From: Eledone cirrhosa | Taxonomy: Eukaryota | DNA length: 64,000 bases | Direction: 5' to 3' | Assembly (NCBI GenBank): GCA_964016885.1 | Contig: OZ024755.1 | Coordinates: 6,262,001 to 6,326,000 of the forward strand | Part shown: positions 14,067 through 27,157 of the stretch, piece after piece | Layout of the letters: each line of letters opens with the position of its first letter | Position numbering within the stretch: position 1 is the stretch's first letter | The notes under the pieces: generated by a model | What the model saw: only the letters and a program-made list of their open reading frames with translations | Told to the model about the DNA's origin: nothing | The model's database searches: none | Position numbers and translations under genes: made by a program

Positions 14067-14714
14067 GTATATTATATATATATATATAGTATAATATATT
14101 ATATATATATATATATATATATTACATAAACGTATTACATTCTATCAGATTTTGCTTGTGTTACTGTTTATTATATATTAGTTTTTGCTGATAATTTTGT
14201 TTCACTTGAATCAATATGTATTAATTGATGTTCGATGGGACCATATGATTATATTTTTTAAAAGTTAAGTAAACGGAGACGCTGCAAGGGGTTGAGGAGA
14301 AACATCTGTTCTAATTAGGGATCTAATTCGTATATTTACATCAGAGTGGACTCTGCTAAAGGTACATAAGCTCCACCTCCCATGTAGATCACAGCAGAAT
14401 TAGAAATTAGTATACAACGAAGCGGAACAGATCCTGCTCTACTACTTTTGCCAATCCGTCGTCCTGAACTGAGAGACAGGAAATGTACGTCTAGTGTCAA
14501 TTATAAACCATAGGAGTAGTTTTCAAAATCCAGATATTCGATGTCCGTGGTTTATCTGAAGGGTAGGCGGGTAGAATTCCAAGGTGCTCTGTAGATATTC
14601 AGGTTAGAATAGGATCTATGCTTGGCTGATACGCTTAGCTCCACAACAATTAATCAAATGAGAGTAGACTCCGGCTCTTTTGCTACTAACATTATATTAG
14701 TCTAGCCTCGTCTT

Positions 14715-14830
14715 AATTCAAATCCCGCCGAGGTTAACTTTGCCTTTCGTTCCTATGGGATCGATAAAATAAAGTACCAGTAATGTACTAGGATAATTGC
14801 TGGCCTTGTGCCCCAAAAAAGAAACAATTA
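14715..14830 (+). mobile_element. 5'-truncated Meta-like SINE with TSD
   Basis: Consensus match; attatattagtcta on both flanks. Confidence 0.88.
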
Positions 14831-16804
14831 TATTAGTCTAACAAAGTTTTAAATTCTCAGACGGTCGGGTGCCTATTACAGGCATATATTCCTGAAACAT
14901 ATAGTTAAGTGTACTGTCCTGCATACACTAACTAGTTTTAGATATATCCCCCATTCGTAAGATCATACCCAATTAAATCGGTAATTTTCTGTCAACTATA
15001 GAAGCATCTGTTGTTAATTTATTTTATAACTTCATCATTTAAGGGCTAATTTGCGATATAATTACATAGCCGGGGGTTTCTGAATTTAACCACTTGTATA
15101 GCGTGTTTGAACATTGTTCATTGTCTAAAGTGTTGATTCTTGCCTAAATGGTCCGCTAGGAAATAATCATGCTGCTGAATTATTTAAGATTAGTTTCAAT
15201 TATAAAGCACGAAAGTATAAAAAGAAGCAATGTTTAGGATATTCAATAACATAATTATCGACTCAATCAATCGGAGTATCATCGATATAATTAATTACTG
15301 CAATCATAATGATGATGATCATCGTCATCTTATCAAGAAAAAACATCAGGAATACACACATAATTAATATCACCACTTGCCACACCACAACTCCCAGCGC
15401 CCTTACCACTAACTATCTGACAATATAATCATACAATGTAGAAGTATTATTATCAATTAAAGCTATGTCATTATTATCATCATAGTTACTAGAAACACTA
15501 TCGTAAAAAATATTGTATCCACACTCATAAAAAAAATATGGTCACTCATATAATTTAAAATATCCTGACTACTGACACTGCTCTACAGTCTTCTATCACT
15601 ATTACATTCTTACACTATAACTGACAAGAATACGATTATATAGATATTCTGGTTGAGCCCCTGCCAAGAAACCTAATCTGTGCCATCTAGTGACCAGTTA
15701 CAGTGTCCCTGAACGTGCATGAAATAACAGCAAAGTGTCAAACCCTACACTCCTTTTTACATTCCGATTGTACAAATAATTGTTTCATAATTTGAGTTAA
15801 TTGTAATTAATTTGTGAGTTAATCAAACAATTCCATATGATTATTTATTGATTATGATTATAATTGCAGGTAATTAAAACGAATAATTAATTAATACCCT
15901 TTGGTTACTAATATATTTACTAAAATCGAGTGAAACGTTTTCAATAACTTGTAGATCGAACCGTAGTATAAATTTTCATATTTCTTTTCTATGGTGTACG
16001 TTGTTGGTCAAGTAATATCGCATAGTTCTGCTGTAGTTTGAGTCACAGCAAAGGTAGGATACAGAGCAAACAAATATTCGTATGAGCTCCCTATTGATAA
16101 ATCAGGCTAAGCCCATCGCTCACTGGATCTGAACATAACCGAATACTTCCAGAGAAAGAAAGAACGAGAGAGAGAAATATATATAGAGAAGGATCGACTC
16201 TCCTAATAGATTTGTAAAGTATTTATCGCACACAAAAGAATGAAAATGAAACAAGTGCAAACAATTAAATCAAGTGTTTAATATGTAGCAGATTCCTTGA
16301 TGAAAAACCAAAACCAAATCAACTATCAATGAAGTCCGCCAGTAACATAGTGCATTTCTTGAAGGATGTCCAAGTGGATACATTGTTAAATACAGTACAG
16401 TTATGATAATGGTGACTTAATAGAAAATATTCCAGGCAATGGAAATTACTACAAATATAACTAAGGCCTTAAGATATTAAGAAAATGACAGCGGGAAAAG
16501 GGTTTTATTAAGACAATGTATTTTAGTGCAGACCTTTATCAATTTAATCATAAAGAACATCTGATACAGCAACAGAAATTGCTTTGACTACTTTGCCACC
16601 AACATCACGCGGAGAAAACTATGCTTAAAGAGTTGAACTATAAAACATAGTTTAAATATTGTAATCTTAAATTTCCTATCTTAATATATTCATTGAATTG
16701 TACTATAGTGGCGAGTCATGTAAGCTGCATTTATTTCACTCAAATTAGGCTGAAACTACATTGATAACAGCACAGAAATAATTGTCTTTTAGCTATCGAT
16801 TTCT

Positions 16805-17150
16805 AAGCAGCGTGGCCAAATGGTTAAGTAATTCTCTTCGGAATACTCAGGTTTCAGGTTCGATTCTATTGTGTAGTATTTTGGAAAAGTGATATTTAGT
16901 ATAACCTCGGTCTGAGCCAAACCTTGTGAGCGATATTAGGTGAAGGAAAACTACTTGGAAGCCGTTCAGATTGGCTGTACAGATAATTAAAAGTCATCTT
17001 GCCCCAGAATATCACGCTCAATTATCCTGAGCATTACGGTAAGAGAAAACAAACGTATCTGGGGAAATCACTGTTACTTACAAGTTCATTTTACGAGGAG
17101 GCTGTTTCCTGGAATGCTCATTGTCGAAACCGACGGGTGTTCGTTCCATG
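16805..17150 (+). mobile_element. Old diverged CORE-like SINE
   Basis: gcgtggccaaatggttaag...ggttcgattc head; 3' part resembles 50500-50665. Confidence 0.6.
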
Positions 17151-17166
17151 AGCTATAATATTGACA

Positions 17167-17400
17167 TTAACCCATTAGCATTTACCTTACTCCATATATA
17201 CTATTATATTTTCACATATACTATCATATTTTCACATACTTATCTAACATAATATCGAATATATGAGACTTTGATGTTATTTATTTTGAAAACAATACCT
17301 TAACATTAGTATGAATGGCCAATTACAGCCGGTTTGAACAAAAAGAGGTGAAAGATTTCTGGCCGGTTATGGTTACGTTGAATATGATTATGCTGAGAGT
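17167..17400. mobile_element. Possible decayed piggyBac-type MITE
   Basis: Starts TTAA-CCC (ttaacccattagcattta); right end too degraded to confirm a TIR. Confidence 0.3.
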
Positions 17401-17985
17401 AGCTATCGTCTGGATTTAGTGTGAAACATAGTGTTAATGGCATTAGTGGTATTAGTGACAAGACAGAGATAAAAATGTTAGTAAACGATAGCGGAATGCA
17501 AAAATTTACAAGAGAATTACACGAAAGCCTGTGATTGTAAATGCGTTACTTTTAATGCAGAAAGTCTCCCGTTTCTATGTAGTTATCTCTGTAATGCAAA
17601 TCAATGTCAAATTGATTCGAATCGTGAGAGATATGTCAATCAGTATTCGTTAATTAAATAATATATTTATATATTTATTTATTTATCTAATTCATTTATT
17701 TATTGCCTCTCGCTAAAAGTTGGCAGTTATTAACGTTTTCAAATAGATAAGGGTGTCAGGCATTTAAATATTTTGCGCAGATACCACTTATCTCTGTCGT
17801 TCCAGTCACCGGAAATTTACATATTTCTTTCTTCCTTCCTTTATATTCTTTCGTATTTCTGTCTGTCTGTCTGTCTTTCCTGTTCTCTCTCTATCTCTAT
17901 ACATACATACATACATACATATATACATACATACAGAGAGAGCGAGAGAACAATATACATATATATACCGGTGGTCCCCAATAAA

Positions 17986-18014
<29 letters not shown>

Positions 18015-18017
<3 letters not shown>

Positions 18018-18140
18018 AGAAAGAAATAACAATATATCTATATTGGGATAAAAGTCTCCATTGAGTGCTTAGCTGCACACCGAAACCGCATTCGTTAGCT
18101 TGGCTACAACCTAAAGCTTCGTTGATGCTGTACTAACATT

Positions 18141-18143
<3 letters not shown>
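18015..18143 (+). mobile_element. PLE-tail-like fragment between TA tracts
   Basis: Unique sequence bounded by (TA)n, carrying TTGAGTGCT at 18061. Confidence 0.5.
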
Positions 18144-18172
<29 letters not shown>

Positions 18173-18176
<4 letters not shown>

Positions 18177-18240
18177 TTGTCCCACAAAATGTATACACAC
18201 TTTGATTACCTACACAGGCAATATTGATTAGATTGCACAG
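18173..18240 (+). mobile_element. Tc1/mariner-type terminal sequence
   Basis: gtcccacaaaatgtatacacactttgattac shared with 46685-46716; opposite-orientation end at 9842-9870; TA flank. Confidence 0.65.
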
Positions 18241-18353
18241 CCTTTCCCAAAAATAAAATGATCTACAGATATAATTCAATTCTCATTAAACACCCAAAAA
18301 TATTTACATAATTTAAATAATGCATATAAAACAAAGTTTATTGTAATGCATAT

Positions 18354-18660
18354 TATAAGTATTTGAAGTCATCCGACAGGTTCGCTGTCGTGCCCTTGGC
18401 AGTGGAAACTTCTGGTGTCATTGGCCATAGGGCTACCTCCCTATTCACCACCATAGGTGCTGAGCCGGCCAACCGCAGGTGTGAGCCTTACGAATTGGAA
18501 TGGCTCTTCCAGCGCATCTCCCTTACCATCCTCCGGAGAAACGCCTTCTCCATCCTGTCCGCCGGGACTGTGGGGGAAGCCAGCACATGGGACCCCATTT
18601 GTTCACCATACGGATTAATAGGCAAAGTTATAAACTATTGTAAATAAAAAAAAACAATAA
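18354..18660 (+). mobile_element. 3' fragment of a CRE-like non-LTR retrotransposon (C-terminal part of restriction-like endonuclease, A-rich tail)
   Basis: YKYL..DRFAVVPLAVETSGVIG...WLFQRISLTILRRNAFSIL resembles the CRE pattern KY..L....F.P.A.ET.G..G...L.QR.S.A.QRGNA..I; GC-rich island followed by an A-run. Confidence 0.8.
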
Positions 18661-19540
18661 AATAATGTGTTAATGTTTCACGTTGTACTTTTTCCGAAGG
18701 ACTTTTTAAATGGTTAGTGCTCACGTGATGGACAACTTACTAATGGATACTCCAATTTAAGCAGCTACATTTATATATTAGTACCTTTCTCTTATCTGAT
18801 CAGTCAATGAGACGTGTAGCGGATAAATTGGTTTATGGTATTATATTACAGCTTGATATAATCTAAGTAGAAATCATGATCGGTTATTCACTGACTTTCA
18901 AGGTTTCCTGGTCAATACAATATATTCTAGTGAAGTATTGAGCTTGATTCCATCTAATGTAGCCTCTAATTGTGCAGATCAGAGAATTCATTTTATAATG
19001 TAGAATATCAGAGAAACAAATGAAGCCTTTCAGTCGAGTTCAATAACATAAAAAATCATTCAAGTAGAGTGCGATTTAAATCGATAATAAGCTCCGACCT
19101 GCCAAAAATTTGTCATATTGCCTGCATTAGAAATTGTATTAATGTACTTGCCAATACAACCTATATTGCACAGGCATACTGAATATGACTGAAGAGAATG
19201 TATGTGTGTGTGGTGTGTGTGGTGTGTGTGGTGTGTGTGGTGTGGGTGGTGTGTGTTACTAGGTAACCTATTTTCCCGTTCAGTAGTGTTAGTGCAAACC
19301 CATATTTACACATACAAACACACACACATCTAGCTAGCTATCTATCTCTTTAGATGCATACATACACACACACACACATATATATATATATAATATATAT
19401 ATATAATACATATATATATATATATTAGTGGAAGATATTATTGCCGGGTGATTAGCCTGCATTTTTAATATGGTTGGGTTAGGAATGATGGAGTGTATAC
19501 ATAATGGCTGGAACAGGTAAAAGTATATATATATATATAT

Positions 19541-19665
19541 ATTAAAATAACAGATTAAAGTTTAAGCAAAGAATCGCTGCTTTCACCCTTAACGGGTGTT
19601 TCAGAAGATCCCGTTAAGAGTGAAAGCACCGATTCTTAGCTTAAACTTTAATCTGTTATTTTAAT
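19541..19665. mobile_element. Family C fold-back palindrome next to (TA)n
   Basis: About 56-bp arms attaaaataacag...aacggg / cccgtt...ctgttattttaat with a few mismatches. Confidence 0.8.
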
Positions 19666-20149
19666 AAATATTTGGTCTATGGTTTTTATATAATTGATAT
19701 ATATATTATCCTTATCGGATTTTAGTCTTCACGTTTATTATTATTACTATATATATATCACATACTGTCAAGTACTAAAATACAAAGCAGTAAACACATA
19801 CGAATCTATGCGTGTATGTACAACCATGAGTGTGTATATATATATAATATACATATATATAAGGTGTGTATATGATGTAATCTGTGTAATTTAGTAATTA
19901 GCTGTAAACAAATAATTTTCAAGTTTCTTACGAAGGTAGCTTTATCTGATAATTAATCGCAATATATATTAAAAAATTATGAGTAGTGTTTCTGATAATT
20001 GTGAGCGGACATAAATTATTCTACACAGTGATGGATTAGAAAACGGTAGAATCTTAATTAGTTTTGTCTGTCCCTCTCGATGCCGATAAAATGATAATAC
20101 TATCGACTACACGACAACTCGCTATCAAATATCTTGTCGAGGTCGATTC

Positions 20150-20500
20150 AGTTAAATGTACTATGTTGGTTACAATGTGTAGACATATTCCGAAGTATGT
20201 AAAGATATCCTGTACCATAGATATGGTGAAGTGACAGAGTCGTTCTGTCGAAAGAAATTTTGCATGTCATTTTTTTAAATTTGATAAAAAAAATTGCAGC
20301 TTCATAATCTCCCCCTCTATCTCTTCTTCTCTGAAAGGAGGCCACTGTGTTGTGACCTAAAGAGGGATAGGCTCTCACATGTCTATATTCGCGAGGCACA
20401 CACTTCATAAGGCGTTAAGAGCCCATGCTAAAGTATAGCATGAAAACACACACTGCTAACGCACAAGCAATGTATTGTCTGCCTAGAATGCCTTATGTAT
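20150..20500 (-). mobile_element. Possible decayed CR1/L2-group LINE 3' region
   Basis: Minus frame SFQRRRDRG resembles the SLQRRRER/RR.RGD motif; nothing else recognisable. Confidence 0.3.
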
Positions 20501-20515
20501 GAAGATTGGGCAACA

Positions 20516-20740
20516 ATGGTTTCTAATATAGGCACAAGGCGAGTAATCCCTTTTTTTTGGGGGGGGGGGGTAGAATAAATCGACCCCATTGCATTACTGG
20601 TACTTTATTTTATCGACCCAGTAAGGATGAAAAGCAAAGTTAACCTCGGCGGGATTTGAACTCAGATCATAAAGGGCCATAACTCTATACTGTAAAGCAT
20701 GGCGTCCACTCCTCTACCTATACTGCCAATCCATCGCCCT
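20516..20740 (-). mobile_element. Full-length Meta-like SINE with 14-bp TSD
   Basis: AAGATTGGGCAACA at 20502-20515 and 20741-20754. Confidence 0.93.
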
Positions 20741-22484
20741 AAGATTGGGCAACATAATGAGTAGTAATGTGTTTCTAAGTAGTCTATCTATGAGCTCAGT
20801 TAAAAGCATACCCATGCGCTGCTGAAGTCTAAACACAGGCATTGAGGCTGAGCCGTATTAGCACACCATAATTCATTAATCGAATTAGCTGCGGTGATTG
20901 AGTATACAAGCAAAATGTTTTTTTCATACATACGTACGTTTTCAGTAATAGTGATTTCATATCAGGAGAATTAAACACATAACTGAAGCTAATCCGGCCT
21001 ATCATTATATGAATACAAGCATATTCTATATAACAATAAGTTGTTTGTGTGCATAAAGACTTCGCTAAATATCTAACCGTCTATTACGTAGTAGATTATA
21101 ACATCAATTCATTTTATAAGGTTTCGCTAATTCTTACAGGCGAACAAAGAAGTATCTCAATATTGAACCAAGTTGGAAGAAATAACAGAAATCTCACTCT
21201 TTTTGTCTTCAATTAGAAGTTTGTGTCTGACAGCGTCAACGTATACCTAGATACACTACGTCTCATTAGCAAGAAATTAGTTAATATATACACGTATAGT
21301 ACAATGGTACAATGGTACTAAACAGAAAATTTAGATTCTAGCTCAATCCTTATAGCAAAAATGCATATTTCTGAAAGACAAGTTAATCTACCCGTCTAAA
21401 CAACCCCCCCCTTACCTATAATTAGGAATATAATATAATATATATATTATCTATCCCAGAGCAGAATGATAAAATTGTTCTCCTTTCCTTAGATAACAGA
21501 AGATATATAATTAAAGATTGCAATTAAACATTTAGCATTATCAAACTATTACTGTTTCGTTGAAGGAATTCTTTTGCCTTTCAGTCAAATACTTATCTCG
21601 ACTTCCTTAAGGTTTCATCAGCAATTTAGAACATATAATTAAACTACCATTAAATGAACGTTAATAATTGGTATGTGTATTTATTACATTATCAGTATTT
21701 CTACTATTATTATTGTTATTGGATGGTAAGCAGAATCCTTAGAGCTTCAGACGAAACAACTTACAGCTTTTGGTACGGTTCTATGTGTTTGGAGTTCAAA
21801 TTCCGTAGCAATATATTCTAGGCGTCATCATTAATGAGTTTCAATTCTCATTACATGTTTATGTGAGCACTGAAACATCATAAAATTATAAATTAACACC
21901 ACCTTTCTTTTCAAACCAAAATTTGATATCCCTATTTACATTTTAATATTCACATCTATATTTGAATATGCAAGGTTGGTGTGCGGATTTGGCATATAAT
22001 ATAAAGTATCTTCCCCTTAAAGCAAGATTTTTAAATGTTCAGGGCATGCCTTTCGTACCGAAAAAAGATTACCAAATTACGTTGAACATGATAAATAGGG
22101 AAAATATTCTAAGGATTGAAAGTAGGATTTACAAATCAGTTTCTGATAAAACTTTCAGATTTCCATATTTGGAGGCACCAAAGGATTCTCTGTCCATTTA
22201 TAGCCCATGGTGATGAAATAAACATGTCACCCCAATTCCCTTAATTAGTCTTTCTATTATAGAGAGTTCTACCTGAATATCAAATTTCAAATAGTTGTGT
22301 TATAAGGTTTGTAGGAGGTTTCTTTGTGCGAATTAGCACACAAAAACATGTCTTCTAGCACGTACTCTGTTTAAGATAATAGGCAAATCATCGTTGAAGT
22401 ATAACCACCGTCAGTTTTGAAATGTCACAGAGCATTTTAAATATATACATACACATGGACAATTCTATTATCTATAAAAGTGCT

Positions 22485-22517
<33 letters not shown>

Positions 22518-22566
22518 TAATAAATGAACAGAGAGGCAGTATAAATGATATCAGTATTAGTTTCAC

Positions 22567-22618
<52 letters not shown>

Positions 22619-22628
22619 TTTTTATTTT

Positions 22629-22678
22629 TCTCATGACAGGCTGAAGAAATTGGGGCCCAGAACCCAACGAAACTTGAG

Positions 22679-22680
<2 letters not shown>
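22629..22680 (+). ncRNA. Hammerhead ribozyme truncated at its cleavage site
   Basis: CTGAAGA 22641, stem II TTGGG/CCCAA, GAAA 22669, CTTGAG, TA; no 3' stem I strand. Confidence 0.65.
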
Positions 22681-22710
<30 letters not shown>

Positions 22711-22817
22711 TGTATGTATGTATGTATGTATGTATGTATGTATGTATGTATGTATGTATGTATGTATGTATGTATGTATGTATGTATGTATGTATGCATG
22801 CATGTATGTATGCATGT
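22681..22817. repeat. (TATG)n microsatellite
   Basis: Direct reading. Confidence 0.98.
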
Positions 22818-22818
22818 A

Positions 22819-23256
22819 GAGATGACCCCTTAGAGATGACTCCTTAGCCTTTGTCAAGGCAGAATTCTAGGAGAAGGAAAACTCTGATATAACACCTGCA
22901 ACTCTGATGGTATCCAATGATGTTGACATGTTCTTTTTGGTAAATATCATCTTGGTTAAGAGAGTGGGACTGGCTTTGTGCAGTGTCGTTGCTCACTATA
23001 AAAGCTTCACGGCACAGGCATTGCTTTATATCTGGAGATCACTCTGCACTTGTCACATGGTACCATGGGCCCAACACTATGTGTCAATAATTGTCACAGG
23101 TGTAGTGTTTGTACCAGAGTTTTCAAGTCGCATGCTGAACTAAAAATCACTCGTTCAGCGCATCGGTAGGGGTTCTCCTACATGGATATAAAGTAGTGGC
23201 CGTACTCGAAAACGAGTTGGCAGCCACCATGTATGTATGTATGTATGTATGTATGT
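22819..23256 (+). mobile_element. Non-autonomous bipartite RTE-clade element with (ATGT)n tail
   Basis: RTE 5'-UTR-like ctaggagaaggaaaactctga at 22867; degenerate terminal zinc finger CSVCTRVFKSHAELK...HR* at 23101-23169; short 3' UTR then tandem tail. Confidence 0.65.
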
Positions 23257-23974
23257 GTGTGTGCTTAAGTGTGTGTATATAATGTGACATCAGGTTAATA
23301 GAGTAATTATCTATCACTTAAAGGTGCACATGTATACATAAGCCCCCTCCCCCCTACACACACACATACAAACACACACAAACACGTTTATGTTATTAAG
23401 AAGTATACGCACCTCACCTAATACAAAACATGTGTTGCACAGTTATTGAAAACGTGAAGGTACTACTAGAATGTGATCTAAATATTTACTCACACACAAA
23501 TACACACGTACACACTACACGAACACACACATACTCACACACAAATACACACGTACACACCTACACGGACACACACACCTACACGAACACACATATACAT
23601 ACACATACACGTGTACAGTAGAGTTAAGGTGAGTAAAGTGTATACGAGTGATTCAAATCTGTAGAAAGTAATTTTGTTTTCTACGAAGTTCCACGTGAAA
23701 TTGCTTTGGCTTGCAAGACTTAAAACAAGTGACTAAATATAGATTCATGCCAGACAGACATTCGTAAGCCAGAATGAAATGTGGTTTTTCAGACAGTGAA
23801 GTTATATTTCAGGAATATATATGTATATATGTATTTCCAGTCACAAGTGCAAATGCGCACATATACCTATATATGCATATATAGTGCAATTCATGCAGAT
23901 ATTTGGCATTTTCGACATTGAAAACATTTTAGAGTGTTTGCTTGTCTGACTGACTATCTGTGTCTCTCTGTGCG

Positions 23975-24115
23975 TGTGTATATATATATATATATATAAA
24001 AATATATATATATATACACACACATACACACATATATATATATATATACACACATATAAACACATATACACACACACACACATATATATACACATATATA
24101 CACATACATATACAC

Positions 24116-24150
<35 letters not shown>

Positions 24151-24362
24151 TATATACACACATATATATACATACACATATACACACATATATATACATA
24201 CACATATACACACATATATATACATACACACATATATACAGACACATATACACACATATACACATATATACACAGACATATATATATATACATACCCACA
24301 CATACATACACATACATATACACACATACACATATATACACACAGACATATATATATACATA
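23975..24362. repeat. Compound TA/CA microsatellite
   Basis: Direct reading. Confidence 0.95.
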
Positions 24363-24509
24363 TAATGTCATAACCTGTTGATTATTTAATTGTCAAAGTT
24401 CTTCAGCCTTTCTTCTCTGTATCCACTCTTCATTTTGAATAGGGTTTTATGCTTTTCATAAATAGATCTGTGATCTGAAGTATGAGGGTTGATTTAAGTT
24501 GAAGCACCC

Positions 24510-26018
24510 TCAACACCAGTTCCAGCCACGACCAAAACCAACAACTATAGTAAGACGACTACGACTACCATCACCACCATCAACACCAACAATATCACGA
24601 CGACCAATAGCAACACCACCACCATCATGAATACCAATACCACCACCTACACCACCAATAATACTACGACAACCACCAACAACACCACTAACATCAACAC
24701 CACTGCCACCAACACCACCAACAACACCACTGCCACCAGCACCAACAACACCACCACTGCCACCAGCACCAACACCACCAACACTAACATCAACACCACT
24801 GCCACCACCACCACCATCAACACCACTGCCACCAACAACACCACTGCTACCAACACCACCACTAGCATCAACACCACTGCCACCAACAACATCACTAACA
24901 TCAACACCACTAACTCCATCACCACCAACAACATCACTAACATCAACACCACTGCCACCAACACCACCACCAACACCACTAACATCAACACCACTGCCAC
25001 CAACACCACCAACAACACCACCACTGCCACCAACACCACCAACACCACCAACAACATCACTAACATCAACACCATTGCCACCAACACCACCACCAACACC
25101 ACTAACATCAACACCACTGCTACCACCAACACCACTAACATCAACACCACCACCACCAACACCACCACCACTAACACCACCACCACTAACACCACTAACA
25201 TCAACACCACTAACATCAACACCACTAACATCAACACCACTAACATCAACACCACTGCCACCAACACCACCACCAACACCACCAACACCACTAACATCAA
25301 CACCACTGCCACCAACACCACTGCCACCAACACCAACATCAACACCACTGCCACCAACACCACCACCAACACCACTGCCACCAACACCACCACTAACATC
25401 AACACCACTGCCACCAACAACACCACTGCCACCAACACCACCACTAACATCAACACCACTGCCACCAACAACACCACTGCCACCAACACCACCACTAACA
25501 TCAACACCACTGCCACCAACAACACCACTGCCACCAACAACACCACTAACATCAACACCACTGCCACCAACAACACCACTGCCGCCAACAACACCACTGC
25601 CACCAACACCACCACTAACATCAACACCACTGCCACCAACAACACCACTGCCACCAACACCACCACTAACATCAACACCACTGCCACCAACAACACCACT
25701 GCCACCAACACCACCACTAACATCAACACCACTGCCACCAACAACACCACTGCCACCAACAACACCACTAACATCAACACCACTGCCACCAACAACACCA
25801 CTGCCACCAACAACACCACTGCCATCAACACCACCACCACTAACATCAACACCTCTGCCACCAACACCACCACTAACATCAACACCACTGCCACCAACAC
25901 CACCACCCAACATCAACACCACTGCCACCAACACCACCACCACCACCACTAGCAAAAGCAACTAACATCAACAAGACCAACAACAACATACTAACAACAA
26001 CACCAACAACAACATACT
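24510..26018. repeat. ACC/AAC triplet-based array with 15/18-bp modules and a 51-bp higher-order unit
   Basis: Modules accactgccaccaacaac, accactgccaccaacacc and accactaacatcaac; homogeneous at about 25380-25900. Confidence 0.95.
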
Positions 26019-26236
26019 AAAGAGATTGATGTATTTGTCATGTTAATCATTTTATTTTGCTTCACTGAATTATTTTCATTGTCTGCGTTTTTTTACAGGA
26101 GCATTCATTTTTTTTATTCTCTCTCTCTCTCTCTCTCTCTCTCCAGACTTCCGGTTGTCATAATGGCGTTGGTAGGACAACATGGAGGTCAGTTGCCACT
26201 GGGAGAAAAAACATTCAATGTATGCGGTATGAGTGA

Positions 26237-26279
<43 letters not shown>

Positions 26280-26340
26280 TATATGTATATATGTTCATAT
26301 TTTTAAAAATATGTATGTATGTATGTATGTATGTGTGTGT

Positions 26341-26530
26341 AATTTTTAAATGTGTGGTGGTCTGAGTTTGAATATGTGATGTGCGTGTGTATGTGAGAGT
26401 ATATTTGTGGTGTGTATGTATGTATGTATGTGTAATTTTTAAATGTGGTGGTGGTGGTCTGAGTTTGAATATGTGATGTACGTGTGTATGTGAGAGAATA
26501 TATTTGTGGTGTGTATGTATGTATGTATGT
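26341..26530. repeat. About 93-bp tandem duplication
   Basis: aatttttaaatgtg...ggtctgagtttgaatatgtgatgt...tatatttgtggtgtgtatg occurs twice. Confidence 0.85.
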
Positions 26531-27122
26531 AAATGTGTATATTTGTGTCAATATATGAGATGTATGTTGAGTATGAGACCTTGGGCGAGAGAAAGCAAGA
26601 AGGAGTAAGAGAGAAAGCGTGAGAAAATGATGAGAAAGATGGTTTGATAGCATGAGGGAAGGAGGGAGCGAAAAGGGGCTTGAAGGCGAGGGAAAAATGG
26701 AAAGGGGTTAGAGTGACAGACAAAAATATGTATTAAGAGGCATTAACGGTGACTATGGCGTCGGCTGTAAATGACAGAGAGAGAGAAAAAAATATTTATA
26801 TATATAGAGAGAGAGGATGGATGGTGTGTGTGTGGGGGGGGGGGGATAAGATAAAGTAAATTAAGTAGAAGATAAACATAGAATTGAAACAATGCATCCA
26901 TTATGGCATGCATAATATATGAGGAATATGAGAGAGAATACGCAATGACATTGAAGAGAGAACGAAACAGAATATATAGAGAGAGGAGGGAGATAATAAA
27001 AGCAGAGAGAAGTATGAGGAAGGCAGCGACAAGTATATTTATACATACATACATATATATATATAGTGAGGATAAAGAGAAACAACTATATATATATATA
27101 TATATACACATACATACATACA

Positions 27123-27157
<35 letters not shown>

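Noticed and set aside
21900-22340. 83-aa plus ORF and a possible decayed L1/Tx1 fragment on minus
   Set aside because: Multiple stops and only vague motif resemblance
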